DNA of 63,667 nt, filler included, from Octopus bimaculoides (Eukaryota), in the NCBI RefSeq assembly GCF_001194135.2. It is 7 parts of 6 records of this genome, joined end to end, with 100 filler letters (N's around TTAATTAATTAA, not from the genome) between each part and the next. Parts side by side here need not be neighbours in the genome. Positions count along the whole stretch, not along the records: positions 1 to 18,924 come from NC_068985.1; 6 more parts are not named here. The stretch is one strand, 5' to 3'. Within the stretch, counting starts at the first letter, position 1. Every line of letters starts with the position of its first letter. Made by a program: the position numbers and the translations under genes. This document shows positions 1-12,051 of this stretch, piece after piece. A model generated the notes under the pieces. That model was not told the DNA's origin, ran no database searches, and saw only the letters and a program-made list of their open reading frames with translations.

Positions 1-262
1 TAACGAAGGCAGTGTAATCGCTCTCTGTATACGCTTCTCTCAATCTCTGTTCGATCTTCTCCGCACTTAACCTCTCTTCCTCGTCCATTTCTAAATACAG
101 GGTCAGGACGCTCTCTTCCAAGTATAGCGCCATGAGACTTGCCACATCACTTATCCCTTGCAGCTTCGCCACAAGCCTGATCTTTCGCATCCAGGCCATT
201 ACATCTCCTTCGCCATTAACAGGCCTGATCACGTCGCTGGCGATTCTAATCTTGGCTGCCAT
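1..262 (-). mobile_element. Gypsy/Ty3 gag N-terminus (runs off window start)
   Basis: Open minus-strand frame from ATG at 262 to the window edge: MAAKIRIASDVIRPVNGEGDVMAWMRKIRLVAKLQGISDVASLMALYLEESVLTLYLEMDEEERLSAEKIEQRLREAYTESDYTAFV. It resembles the Gypsy gag motif GEGDV.AW..K..LVAKL...LYLE. Confidence 0.65.
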
Positions 263-344
263 CGCGGCGAATTTCTACACGTGGGGCCGAAATAGCTTGT
301 CCTGTATGCGTGCGAGTAGATGTAATCGCCATACCTCGGTTTTC

Positions 345-560
345 CTTCTTCGACTGCGAGTCTGTCTTGCGGTATCCGATCCTCGAAGCTTGCTCCGACC
401 TGAAGAACACTAGGAATAGCAGCTGTTTCTCCCAAACCTAGACCGTCGCTTAGCACGTCCTCTCCTGACAACAACCCCATTCGAAAGAGGGCACGAAATC
501 CCGATCGAGATTCCCTCTGTCCTTCTTCCTCTTCCGGTCAACTCGCCCTTCTGGACAGCT
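345..560 (-). repeat. LTR/leader segment of the gag-bearing element, related to 18735-18924
   Basis: Reverse-complement similarity to 18735-18924. The ORF track gives MGLLSGEDVLSDGLGLG here and MGLRSGQDVLSDGLGLG there. Confidence 0.55.
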
Positions 561-759
561 CCCCAGTTGCTGACGTCATACCACAGAAGCATATTTTATT
601 GTCTCTGGGGAGAGTCGTTCTGTTTTAATGCCGTATTAATTAACACACTCACTGGTTCGATTTTCACTCGTTTACATATTTATTTTTTCTAAAATTTTCG
701 TTGAAGTTTGCAATCTCTTCCAGTCATTGACTTAGTCCATTGTCAGAGCTGCCTTCTTT

Positions 760-1075
760 TTGTTCGTGCGCATGTGTGTGCGTCAGTGTGCATGTGTATA
801 CACATATGTATATATACATATGTGTATGTATACGTGTGTGTGTATGCATATGTGTACGTTCTTATGTATGTATTCTGCATATTCATGTGTTTGTGTATTC
901 ATGTTTGTGTGTGTGTACCTCTGTCTCCTTGTGTTTGAGTGTGTCTATGTATACGGGTTTGTGTGACTACGTACGTGTGTCTTATGTGTGGATGTGTCCT
1001 TGTGTGAAGTGTGCGTGTATATATGGTCATGTATTTCAGTCTTCCTATGTGTGTATATATGTATATATATATCGT
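760..1075. repeat. Degenerate (TG)n/(TA)n compound microsatellite
   Basis: Continuous imperfect TG/TA/TATG repeats. Confidence 0.9.
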
Positions 1076-1135
1076 CAATGTATTATATATCCGGAAAAGA
1101 AGCACTCTCTAAAGCATCTACTATAATAATACTCT

Positions 1136-1579
1136 TGTAGTGACGCCTGGTTCCAAACGCTATTTTGGGATTTTCATCCCCACATGCGCAGGGATTAGAG
1201 CCTTCCGGAAGGCCTCCCGGAAGCTCCTTATGCACATGTGCAGTCATCAGCAGCAGCTAGGCTTCACAGCCATTCACTCTCTTCACCCCTGCTGCTGACG
1301 GAGCCAGATGCAACTTGACCAGCTCTGTGTGGCTGAAATTCTGATGGTGACGCATGACATGAGTAATCTGTGAAGAATGCCTTCACAGCTGTGATTGAAC
1401 CGACTCTGCTGCTTCCACACCAAGGTGACCTGGCTACCGATTGTCCAGAGATGTAATGCTTGTACAGACAGAAAATAAATATTGTTATTTTTTCGGAGAT
1501 TCTTGTTCCCATTATTTTCCTTCCATGACTATGTAAGGAATTGTGAGGCATCTATCCAGTGCCAACCTCACTTCCTACA
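1136..1579 (+). repeat. 5' LTR of Gypsy element 1
   Basis: TG...CA termini. Direct repeat of 3912-4343, roughly 85-90% identical by eye. Confidence 0.9.
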
Positions 1580-1581
1580 AT

Positions 1582-1599
1582 TGGTGACCGCAACGTGAT
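1582..1599 (+). promoter_or_regulatory. Primer-binding site complementary to the tRNA-Trp 3' end
   Basis: TGGTGACCGCAACGTGAT versus the expected reverse complement of tRNA-Trp, TGGTGACCCCGACGTGAT, 2 nt after the LTR end. Confidence 0.75.
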
Positions 1600-2749
1600 T
1601 CCAGCACGCAACCCGACGTTCGCACGGACGTTTAAAAAATGGTGACCCAGTGCCAGCTTCATGACCAACCGCTCTTTCTCCTTTTTATTACAGTTATTTC
1701 ATCCTTTATCGTCTATTTTATCTTACACAAAATGAGTGGTGGGGGCTCTGTAGCGTACTTCTCTCACTCTCTCTGTTATATATACATGGATACGGACGTA
1801 GTGGATAACAGCTAGCCTTCGGCCACACTTTTGGATTCTGTTTTGTCCATCACTCTGATTGGTTGGTATTGGCGCATTTTGTCTCTTGTTCTATTGCGCA
1901 CCAAGATGCAATCGCAACCTTCAGATATGTTCATGTGGGACAGTCTTTCTGAACTCCAGTTTGAGCCAACAGGATGTTATAAATAGCCAGCTTTCACCGT
2001 CCCATTTGTCAGTCTTCTCGACTCTAGACCTTCTGAGGTCTAACTGCTGACCACAGAGAACAGAGCCAGTTCCAACGACGACACAGCAGCACATGGAGAA
2101 TCGTCAACACTTCGTCCAGCATTCAGGACCTCCATCTTCGTTGCCTCCAGCTTCTCAGCATCTACATCAACTTCTCTACGTACACACCAACCAGCAATGC
2201 TCACACAGCTATTCTCCACGCTGTTTGTGAAATGCTTCACCATGGTTAACAGCAAATACAACCTGCGAGGACTCCTGTACCAAGTAACTGGCAGCAGCAT
2301 TGAAGCCCCAACTTCTTACATGACATGTGTCTCTCCTCGGCTCTGCATTGCTGCCACAACTTCTTGTTACAGCACCTCAACAACTGTGTAACTTGACTAC
2401 GAACTGGTATTTGCCATCCTTGTGTCTGGACTTTCTCTCAGCGTCCTTATAGACTCTTTTCTATGCTCTGTATTTCTTGAACACACATACATCTATGTTT
2501 GTACACATACACTTTGTTTACATGACGGCCTGTCTATTATTGTGTTTATTATGTAGCACTCACACACACAGACATACATGTTGACATATCAATAAAACCT
2601 TTTAAACCTTCTACCAGTTGTGTCTCTCTTTTTCTTCTGGCGCTTATATTCATTTATCCTCCTTTCGTAATTTTATTTTGTATCAACCGTGCGATGTGCT
2701 AAAGGAGCCATTCCTCGTTGCCATCTCCTGACCGCATGGTCCTTAATTG

Positions 2750-3490
2750 TCACGAATTCTGGGTGTGCATCACATTCGCACAACCAGTTACCATCCAGCT
2801 TCCAACGGGATGGTCGAACAGTTTCATAGACAGCTCAAGGCCGCTCTACGTGCCTCTCCAGATCTGCAGTCTTGAACTGAATTTCTGCCAATTGTGCTTC
2901 TTAGCTATCGTACTGTTGTCAAGGCAGACCTGGGTTTCTCCTCTGCAGAGCTGCTGTATGGTACCACACTAGCATTGCCTGGTACGATGTTGGTGCCAGA
3001 CACTTCACAGATTCATGATCTGGCGTCATACGTTGCCAGACTTCGCACTTATTTTTCTAATCTTCCACCCATGGGTTCCCGGGACCAATCTCCACCCTGT
3101 AATGTCCCATCAGATATTGACTCTTGGTCGCATGTTTTTGTTCGGGATGACTTTGTCAGGGGACTTCGTGTTCTCCTTACAAAGAACCCTTTCGTGTGCT
3201 TTCTTGCACACCCAAAGATTTAACGATCGATATGAATGGTAGTACGGAAACCGCTTCTGTAGATCAGCTTAAAAGAACATATTTTGAGGTGTCCACATCT
3301 TTCGATGACACCTCTGCCATGCCCACCTTTGAACCTACACATGCACCTTTGCCAACACCATCACCTACACATGCACCTTTGACAACACCACCTTTGTCGT
3401 TGCAACCTGCCTCGAGCAGACCATATGTCAACAGGACTGGCTAAACTGTTCACTGGCCCAAGAAACTTACTAAGACTATTTACATTTGAC
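2750..3490 (+). pseudogene. Gypsy integrase C-terminal remnant (stops and frameshifts)
   Basis: HHIRTTSYHPASNGMVEQFHRQLKAAL...SSAELLYGTTLALPG, a GPF/Y-like PYKEPFRVL motif, and VDQLKRTY. Confidence 0.9.
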
Positions 3491-3606
3491 ATTCTCTATT
3501 GTGTTTCCTGTGACAGACAGGTGTTCCTTTGTGTACTGGACATTTTCAATGTTTTGTTATTGAACATTTTGTAAAAAAAAAAATTTTTGTGCATGCTTAT
3601 TTATAT

Positions 3607-3780
3607 TCATCATCATCATCATCATCATCGTTTAACGTCCGCTTTCCATGCTAGCATGGGTTGGACGATTTGACTGAGGACTGGTGAAACCGGATGGCAA
3701 CACCAGGCTCCAGTCTGATTTGGCAGAGTTTCTACAGCTGGATGCCCTTCCTAACGCCAACCACTCAGAGAGTGTAGTGA
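3607..3780 (-). mobile_element. RTE-tail/SINE repeat (family A, (GAT)n tail) nested in Gypsy element 1
   Basis: Matches 35602-35958 and 37673-38033 (GGATGCCCTTCCTAACGCCAACC core, (CAT)n on +). Confidence 0.85.
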
Positions 3781-3911
3781 TTGTTATTATGTTTTTTTTT
3801 TTTGAGTTGTCATATTTTGTGCCACATCTTGTGGGTGATCGGTAGCCATTTTTGTGTCTGGTACCAATACAATCTTTCTGTTTTCGTGCTTCCACACTCA
3901 AGGGGCAGCCT

Positions 3912-4343
3912 TGTAGTGATGCCTGGTACCAGACGTCATTTTGGGATTTTTATCCATGCATGCACAGGGATTAGAGCCTTCCAGAAGCCCCTAATGCACA
4001 TGTGCAGTCATCAGCAGCAGCTAGGCTTCACAGCCATTCACTCTCTTTGCCCCTGCTGCCGCCTGAGCCGAACGCAACTTGACCAGCTCCGTGTGGCTGG
4101 AATTCTGATGGCGACACACGACGTGGCTAATCTGTGAAGAATGCCTTCACAATTGTGATTGAACCGACTCTGCTGCTTCCACACCAAGGTGACCTGGCTA
4201 CCGATTGTCCAGAGATGTAATGTTTGTACAGACAGAAAATAAATATTGCTATTTGTTCGGAGATTCTTGTTCCCACTATTTTCCTTCCACGACTATGTAA
4301 GGAATTGTGAGGCATCCATTCAGTGCCAACCTCCCTTCCTACA
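3912..4343 (+). repeat. 3' LTR of Gypsy element 1
   Basis: Direct repeat of 1136-1579, preceded by a polypurine tract. Confidence 0.9.
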
Positions 4344-5269
4344 CTCATTTTTCTCCATCACAACATATGAATGAGGAAGGCAGGGGTAACAGATGAATAA
4401 GCAAGGAAGGGGTGAAGAAAATCAAACAGCGTTTCAACTCCGTGTGAGTATATAAAAAAAGGGGAGGTATGTGAATGTTCGTGTGTGTGTGTGTGTGTGT
4501 GTGCAACAGAAGTGGGATGGAGAACATTCAACACTGAAAAGAAAAATCAAACGTTTCAAATCCGTGTGAATATATGTGTGTGTGTGTGTGTGTGTGTGCG
4601 TGTACAAGGGAAGTATGTGAATGTATGTGTAAACCAGCATTTTTTCAGTAACAATGATTGGTATCACATCTCAAAATACAACCACTAGATAACATTGAGA
4701 AGTGTATTAATTTGAATTACCATCCATATTTTATCTGTTGTGTTACAAATAATTATTACAATCACACACATCTACACAAACATATACAAACTCATTAGAG
4801 AAAATAATTATTGTTTGAGTGTGTCAAGAATATAAAATGACTGCAGTTGAAAAGTATATTTTAAATACACATTTAACAGTTCATACATGCGCCTAATTTA
4901 TTTATATTAAGAAATTTATGTAATAAATTTTGAATAGGGAGTTTTTACATCAACTATAAGTCACAGACTGCTTTTTGTGGCTTTTAGTTGTGAGTTTAGA
5001 TTGGTTTCAGTAATGGAGAGAGGAAACGTCACTTCGAAAAAGTTGGTATTTACTTGCCAGCTCCCATATTTAGTCATGGCCAGTTTTATGTGCCCATAAG
5101 TCGTACAAGAAGGAAGGAAAACCTTAAAATTCTTTTGAAGGAAACAAGCAGTCAAGGGATGTTAATAAATTTTTCACAAGAAATTTGGTAATTATTAGAA
5201 TTATTAAACTAAAAACTTGGTTTTGTACCTTCTTTATATATAAAATATATAAAATACTACAATCAACCA

Positions 5270-5297
5270 TCACTTTTGACGGCACAGGGTCAGCTAG
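5270..5297 (+). mobile_element. Helitron-like 3' terminus (degenerate)
   Basis: GC-rich subterminal GACGGCACAGGGTC followed by CTAG|T at 5294-5298. Confidence 0.4.
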
Positions 5298-5560
5298 TCT
5301 CATAATAATTCTGCTTTATGTTACTTAACCAGTCAGTAATGCTCTCATGTGATTAGAGAAAAAGTGGGAGAAAGAAAAGGGGGAAAGAAAAAGAGGATAA
5401 GGTGAAGAATGAGGTAGAAAGTGAGAGAAAGAAAGGACAGAGAGATAAGTGTCCATGACATGTGGTAGGGGGAACATAATATTTATTACATGGTTTAAAA
5501 AGTTAGAGGAGAGTTGGGAATATAATTTTAGCAGAAGGGTGATGTTCTGATGGTGAGATT

Positions 5561-5594
<34 letters not shown>

Positions 5595-5689
5595 TGGTGG
5601 TGGTGGTGGTGAAGGTAGCAATGGTGAGTGCATAGTGGAAAGTAATTTTTTTTTAATTGAAATAAGTTTTTATATCACCTATCACTTAA

Positions 5690-6439
5690 CACATGTGCAT
5701 CCCAAACTTGCCATTAACTTTAGACAGAAACCAGTTCCCTGTTCACCTGTCATATGCAATGACTATCAATAAATCACAAGGGCAGACATTTGACAAAGTG
5801 CCAAATTCTTGCTTGAATCTGTATTTGGCCATGGTCAATCTATATGTTGCATTCTCAAGAGCTCATAAATTATTTGATGTGAGAGTTGAAGTTATCAATA
5901 CTGACAAACAAAGGAAAAGAAGAGAGAGAACTTACACACAGAACCTAATCTGCAAAGAAGTATCGGATTGAAAGGTGTATGCAAATTGAAATAGGTATTG
6001 GCTCTGACCCATCGCCTTGGCTTATAAGTTACCAACAATGTGGTTTTCAGAGTATACCATGTTGCATTAAATTTTTACCCCTGTGAAATTGTGGCCCTTA
6101 TATTTTACACGTAGAATAATTTTTTTTAGTATAGAATTTTTGTTTCCTAGATATGAAATTGTGACCATGTAAATTTTTGTAATTTTTTTTCTGTTTATGA
6201 GGAAAATAAGAATGAATATTTATTCTATGTGCTGTGTCTATAAAATTGTACATAAAGTATATATATAAAGTGCATGAAGTAATCATCTAATTTCCTTCAC
6301 TTTCAAGAATAGCAAATGAGTGACTATCTTTTGATACAGACAACACAAGTTACACTTTTAGGTTTTTTTGGATAAAGTTTTCAGGAATAACCCAATAGAT
6401 TTACTATTAATTCTGTGAAATATTCATGGGTCCCACTAG
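5690..6439 (+). mobile_element. Helitron 3' fragment: Pif1-like helicase C-terminus, subterminal hairpin and CTAG end
   Basis: ORF 5693-5971 has QFPVHLSYAMTINKSQGQTFDKV...LYVAFSR (helicase motifs V/VI). Decayed hairpin CTGTGAA-ATA-TTCATGG at 6413-6429, then CTAG at 6436-6439 followed by T. Confidence 0.8.
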
Positions 6440-6483
6440 TAGAGCAGTAAAGTATTAAAGTAATAAGGTTAATGTCCAGTCAT

Positions 6484-6545
6484 AGAGTGACCCATGGTTT
6501 CACATTCATGAAGGCTGTAGCCTCATGGACGACTCATCAGACTCT
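6484..6545 (-). ncRNA. Type-I hammerhead ribozyme motif in a PLE pLTR (core intact)
   Basis: Minus strand: AGAGT-CTGATGA-[GTCGTCCATGAGGCTACAGCCTTCATGAATGT]-GAAA-CCATGG-GTC-ACTCT. Stem I AGAGT/ACTCT is perfect, stem II is a long hairpin, stem III has palindromic CCATGG, and the cleavage triplet is GUC. Confidence 0.75.
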
Positions 6546-7857
6546 AAAGCTGAAGACAATTCTCCTCCTCTGAGAGGCAGAAATCTGTTACAGTCATTGG
6601 TCAATTGGTCATCAAAGAATAAATAATATGGTGACAATGAGGATGGCATATCTCCCTTAGACCAGTTATTTGTGGGCTGGGAGAGGAGGAACAAGGGATT
6701 TTTCCCTTGGACTACATTTGGATCGTAAGAACCCTTCCAGGCTTAGCCAGAGAAGGGGGAATCCCATGCTTGTAGCAGGTAGTGTTTGAAATGGATGCAG
6801 GAGCTGAAAATTTCTTGGCAAGTATTCAGTGACTCAGGTTTCAGGGAGTCTTTGAGTATCCTTGCTTGCTCAGCTGTGCAAAGCTTGCAGCGTATGCTCC
6901 TGTTTATACAGGGTCACTTGATATCGTATGGTATCTGTTTATCTTTGAGGCACCACACATGGCTGGCTGGCTGGGGGTGTGATGAATCATCTTTCCAAAA
7001 CCCTGAAGGAGGACCTGTGGGTGTACAGGCGTCACTTGAAGGCCATCTCATATATTTCCAGGCTTGGGTGTTGGTTGCACTCACATTATTAGTGCATTTT
7101 TGGTTGGCTCCAGGCCTGGAGATGTTGTTGTTGCTGCCATCAGTACTCTTAAAATTACAATGCATGGGTCTAGCAATACTGTTGTGGCTGTTGTGGAGAT
7201 CATTCCTGGCTGTAGCTGGTGCTGGGGTCATTGGCATCAGTGCTGGTGTTTCTGCCACTGTCACTGCCTCTGATACCGTCAATGTTGCTGGATGATCTGT
7301 TGCTGCTATTACTGTGACCACTAGGCCTGGGTATCAACACAGCCTCATAGATGACTCCCTTGGTCTCGCATTGGACAGTCATTATACACTCTGCAAGAGC
7401 AACCTGCCTCCTCCCATGTTTTATGGGAATTTGCTAGTATACTTTACATATTGGGTGCACAACTAAATGAGACCCTTAGGTTGTGCCTAAGAGTGGCCAG
7501 GACCCTACATCAATGGGAGCATACACTACAAGCTTTGCATAGCTGAGCGAGCAAGGATACTCAAAGACTCTCTGAAAGCTGAGTCACTGAATACTTGCCA
7601 GGAAATTTTCAGCCCCTGCATCCATTTCAAGCACTACCTGCTGCAAGCGTGGGATTCCCCATTCTCTGACTAAGCCCAGAAGGGTTCTTACGATCCAAAA
7701 GCAGCCCAAGGGAAAAATCCCTTGTCCCCGCTCTCCCAGCCCACAAATAACTGGTCTAAGGGAGATAAGCCATCCTCACTGTCACCAGACTATTTATTCT
7801 TTTAATGACCAAGTGACCAAATGACCATAACAGAAGTGAAGAGTTGTCTTCAGCTTT

Positions 7858-7908
7858 AGAGTCTAATGAGGCTACAGCCGTCATGGATGTGAAACCACTG
7901 GTCACTCT
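7858..7908 (+). ncRNA. Degenerate hammerhead copy in the inverted pLTR
   Basis: AGAGT-CTAATGA-GGCTACAGCCGTCATGGATGT-GAAA-CCACTG-GTC-ACTCT. G5 is changed to A and the 5' half of stem II is deleted relative to 6484-6545. Confidence 0.6.
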
Positions 7909-8323
7909 ATGACTGGACATTAACTTAATTACTTTAATATANNNNNNNNNNNNNNNNNNNNNNNNNNNNNNNNNNNNNNNNNNNNNNNNNNNNNNNNNNN
8001 NNNNNNNNNNNNNNNNNNNNNNNNNNNNNNNNNNNNNNNNNNNNNNNNNNNNNNNNNNNNNNNNNNNNNNNNNNNNNNNNNNNNNNNNNNNNNNNNNNNN
8101 NNNNNNNNNNNNNNNNNNNNNNNNNNNNNNNNNNNNNNNNNNNNNNNNNNNNNNNNNNNNNNNNNNNNNNNNNNNNNNNNNNNNNNNNNNNNNNNNNNNN
8201 NNNNNNNNNNNNNNNNNNNNNNNNNNNNNNNNNNNNNNNNNNNNNNNNNNNNNNNNNNNNNNNNNNNNNNNNNNNNNNNNNNNNNNNNNNNNNNNNNNNN
8301 NNNTGGGCACCAGCCAGCCTAAA

Positions 8324-10025
8324 GCTTGGGGTGGGCTGCACCTGCCTACCTGAAAAAGGAAGGTGCAATCCCTTATCCTGAGTTGCACAAGCATGACTTG
8401 CCTTATGATGGCCAACGGCCTGAGGAAAAACTTGGGAAGTTGGAATGTGGGCAGTCTATATGGAAGGGGAACTGAGGTGTGAGAGGAATTGAGAAAGAGG
8501 AGGGTGGATGTGTGCTGTGTGCAGGAGGTTAGGTGAAGGGACCAGGGTGCAAGATTTGTGGGGGTCAAGGGACGAAGGTACAAGTTGTGGTGGTCAGGGG
8601 ACTGGAGGGAAGGGAATTTTGGTGAAGGAAGAAATCTATGAGGTGGTGGAGGTCAGGAGAAAGAGTAACAGAGTGATGACAGTAGTGTTAGCATTTGAGG
8701 AAGAAGTGATGAGGGTGATTTGTGGGTGTGGTCCACAAAGTGGAAGAGGGATCGCTGAGAAAGAACAGTTCTTTGAAGAAATGATGAATGAGTGGGACTT
8801 ATAAAAGCTAGATGAATTGGTTTGGGGCATGGGTGGGGAGAGACAAATTTGGAAGGAAGGATGCTGTTGGAGTTTTGTGATGAGAAAGAGTTGTGTTTGG
8901 CAAATACGTGGTTTAGGAAAACAGAGAAAAGGAAGGTGACTTTCAGTGCAGAGGGGAATGAGACAGAGATTGATTTTGTGTTGGTTGGCAGGAAAAACAG
9001 AAAGTACCTGAGAGATGTGAAGACAATACTAGGGGAGTTGCAGCACAGGTTGGTTGTTGCTGACTTGGATAAGAAGGAAGTTTAAAAAGTGTGTGAGAAA
9101 GGGAACTGTTGAGAGGAGAAAGGTGTGGAAACTGTAGGAAGAAGAAACGAGAGCAAGGTTTGAGGAGAGAGTTGGGAAGTTGGTAAGCACTGATGCACCG
9201 GATTTGTAGAAGTCTTCTAAAGAAGGGGTACTAAAGGCATGTGATGAAGTGTGTGGAAGGACGATGGGTAGGAGAGATCGAGGAGATATGTGATGATGGA
9301 ACAAGGTGCGGAATGCGATAGTGAGAAAGGAGGCACACAAAGCTTTATGTAATAATGGGACTGAGCAAACGAAAGCCAGGTATAATAACATGAAGAATCA
9401 TGCAAAGAGGCTGGTTGCGAGATCTATGAGGAAGGTTGAGCAGGATGGATGAGAACCCAGATAGAGTGTTTAGGTTTAGTAAATCAATGAAAAATGATGG
9501 AAGAGATGTTAAGAGAGGAAGATGCATGCAGAGGAGTGATGGTAGGCTGAATTTTAGTGAGAAGGACAGGGGAAGAGTTTGGAAGGAACATATGGAGGGA
9601 ATTATGAATGAGGTGAATGAATGGGATCAAAGGGTGGAAGTTGCTCTGGTGAAGAGGGTTAGTCGGGAAGAAGTAGTGGAGGCAATGAAGGAAATGAAAA
9701 CAGGAAAGGCAGCTGGTCCATCAGAAATAAGTGTGGAAATGATAACTGCAAATGGAGAGATTATTGTGATGATGGAGCTCTACCAGGGTATGCTGGATGG
9801 AAGAGGAATGCCAGATGATTGGGCACTAAGTGTGGTGGCACCAATCTTTAAGAGGAAGTGGGATGCAATGAATTGTGGGGTGTATAGAGGAGTGAAGTCA
9901 TTGGAGCATGCAATGAAAATAGTGGAAAGGATGTTGGAGAGGAGAATTCGGAAAGGGATGGATGTGGATGAGATGAAATTTGGTTTTATGCCAGGAAGGG
10001 GGACAATAGATGCAGTGTTCACCAT
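8324..10025 (+). mobile_element. RTE-clade LINE remnant (AP endonuclease plus RT N-terminal part, 3'-truncated)
   Basis: GSWNVGSL...DVCCVQEVR, GKGILV, VICGCGPQSG, NTWFRK, TEIDFVLV, then GKAAGPSE, DWALSVVAPIFK, YRGVKSLEHAMKIVERMLE, FGFMPGRGTIDAVF. Multiple stops. Confidence 0.88.
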
Positions 10026-10351
10026 CACTAGTGATCACTCCAAACACCATGATGTTGACTAGATGTTTGATTTTTATCACTCTCAGTACATGTCCTCAGG
10101 TTGCACTGTCCTCAGATTGACACCCAAACACTCTGAAATGTTCATATTGGAGCTTCTGGGGCAAATGCCAAGCAGCACAGCATGTCGTTTCCAAATTACT
10201 GGGAGAGTGAATTGCGTCATGGTGCTGTTTTTCTCACAGATGGTGCTCAACAGACCCTACTATTCTGTGTAGTTGACAAAATTAAAAACAAACACTGTGC
10301 ATGCGCGAAATTAAAAGAAATATAAAATGGTGACAATTTACCCATTGCACC

Positions 10352-10401
<50 letters not shown>

Positions 10402-12000
10402 GTGTGTGTATATAAAAATTCTTATAACAAAAATAGCATACAGTTCTTGCAGATAAGAACAAAGCTTCTAAAATGGATGGAGAAATTCAAAGGATTGCTT
10501 TGGTACAATAGTAGAACATGTGTTATATTTATTGAAATGTGGGTTTGAGTCCCATGGGCAGAGTTCGACTTTTTCCATCTAAGGGATTTTAATTTTTAGC
10601 TTTATCTACTTCGCATTCCACCATTAAAAACGATTTATTTCACATCTCTAAAAGTTTCTAAATCTCTATAATGTAAAACAATATATATTTTTTACTACTT
10701 ACACAAATAATATAAACTCCTTTATTTGAATAATCTATGTTTATATGTGTAACTTAACACATATTATGTTGCTAGTTTACACTATACACAGACTATAGAA
10801 TATAAATACATCTTGTTATTCTGTTTACATACAGAAAAATAAAAGATTGCCCTGCCTTGTTTCATAAATTGTTGCTCATTTTTTAGAATACCTCTCATTC
10901 CCACCTTTTAGAAATAACCCTCATTCCCCTGCCTACAAAGTGAACTGAAAAAATAATACTATTTAAATCATATACAAACCTAGACCTAGCAGAAATGCCT
11001 GGACTAATTTTATATGTAATGTATTTGTAGGCAGTATGATTAAAATGATATTTACTGAATGCGTGACTAAATAATTAAAATTGATACATAAACTTTCTAC
11101 TGTGTAGACTTTATAGGTTGCAATCTAACTACATCAAAATTTATCTTAGATTTTTCTGATACTTGTAATTTGTGAATGAAATAGGTACAGTCATGCTTCA
11201 CATTGATACTCTTAATGTAACCCTGCTCACATTGTAACCTCTTTACTATGACAACCTCAAACTTGTAACTCCTCATATCGATATCCTCATGCTGTAAACT
11301 CCTCTGTTAAACCCCTCTCACTGTAACATCCTCACATTTTAACACCCTAACACAGATATCCTTTCATTTTAAGCCCCTCACGCAAATACTTTTTCACTGT
11401 AACCCTTTCTCTCTGCTACAACCCGCACTCTTGAGCCACATCCTCACTATCACACTTTTGTTACATGTATCATTTAACCATCTCAATATTTCTGTTAGAA
11501 ACCATTTAATTCTTTAATCGCTTGCAGAGTTATGGCAATAATGTCTGGAATGTCCTCAGCAGTCAAATAAAATGTAATCATGGTGGACTGCTGTTGATAC
11601 AAAACTGGTTGGTTATATAAGAACATTGAGGGCTTGTTTGGCAGGGTGGCCATAATTACTGAGAAGGAATAAGAAAGAGAGAGAATGAGAGAGAGTGAGA
11701 GAGAGAGAAAGGAAGAGGAGGTAGGAAGGGAAAAGAAAGAAAGAGGAAGTGTATGAGTATCTCTCAGTTAAAAATACATGGGATGTAGTACATTCTATGA
11801 AGTGCAAATGTGTGTATAAATAGTTATCATATAGGGTGGAAGTAGGAGAGGGAGGAAACATCATGGCATGGCAGTGACTTCTTGGCAAATGAAATCTATG
11901 ATTTAATTTTATTTATTTCTTTATTGTAGTAATTCCTAAGTTCTGTTAAGCGCCATAAGAAAGGCAGTAATGTAACAATTCCACATTTCATACACACATG

Positions 12001-12051
<51 letters not shown>

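Larger units (their letters stand above)
1136..4343 (+). mobile_element. Gypsy/Ty3 LTR retrotransposon 1, internally deleted and non-autonomous
   Basis: Paired LTRs 1136-1579 and 3912-4343 (TGTAG...CTACA). PBS TGGTGACC at 1582. Purine run AGGGGCAGCC before the 3' LTR. Integrase remnant present. Flanks CTCT/CTCA are a near-match 4-bp TSD. Confidence 0.88.
6453..7940 (-). mobile_element. 5'-truncated Penelope-like element with inverted pseudo-LTR (GIY-YIG C-terminus plus inverted 3' copy)
   Basis: Inverted repeats 6453-6915 and 7501-7940. The minus strand, across broken frames, reads HNLRVSFSCAPNM, C.TKGVIYEAVL, KYM, FK*RLYTHRSSFR, ASHVWCLKDKQIPYDIK, CKLCTAEQARIL...SLNTCQEIFSSCIHFKHYLL, typical of the PLE linker, GIY-YIG and C-terminal CxxC region. 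Confidence 0.8.

Noticed and set aside
6914-7321. 135-aa ORF inside a long inverted repeat as a novel cargo gene of a foldback/MULE element
   Set aside because: Its C-terminal part and neighbouring frames are Penelope GIY-YIG motifs, so the structure is an inverted-pLTR PLE.
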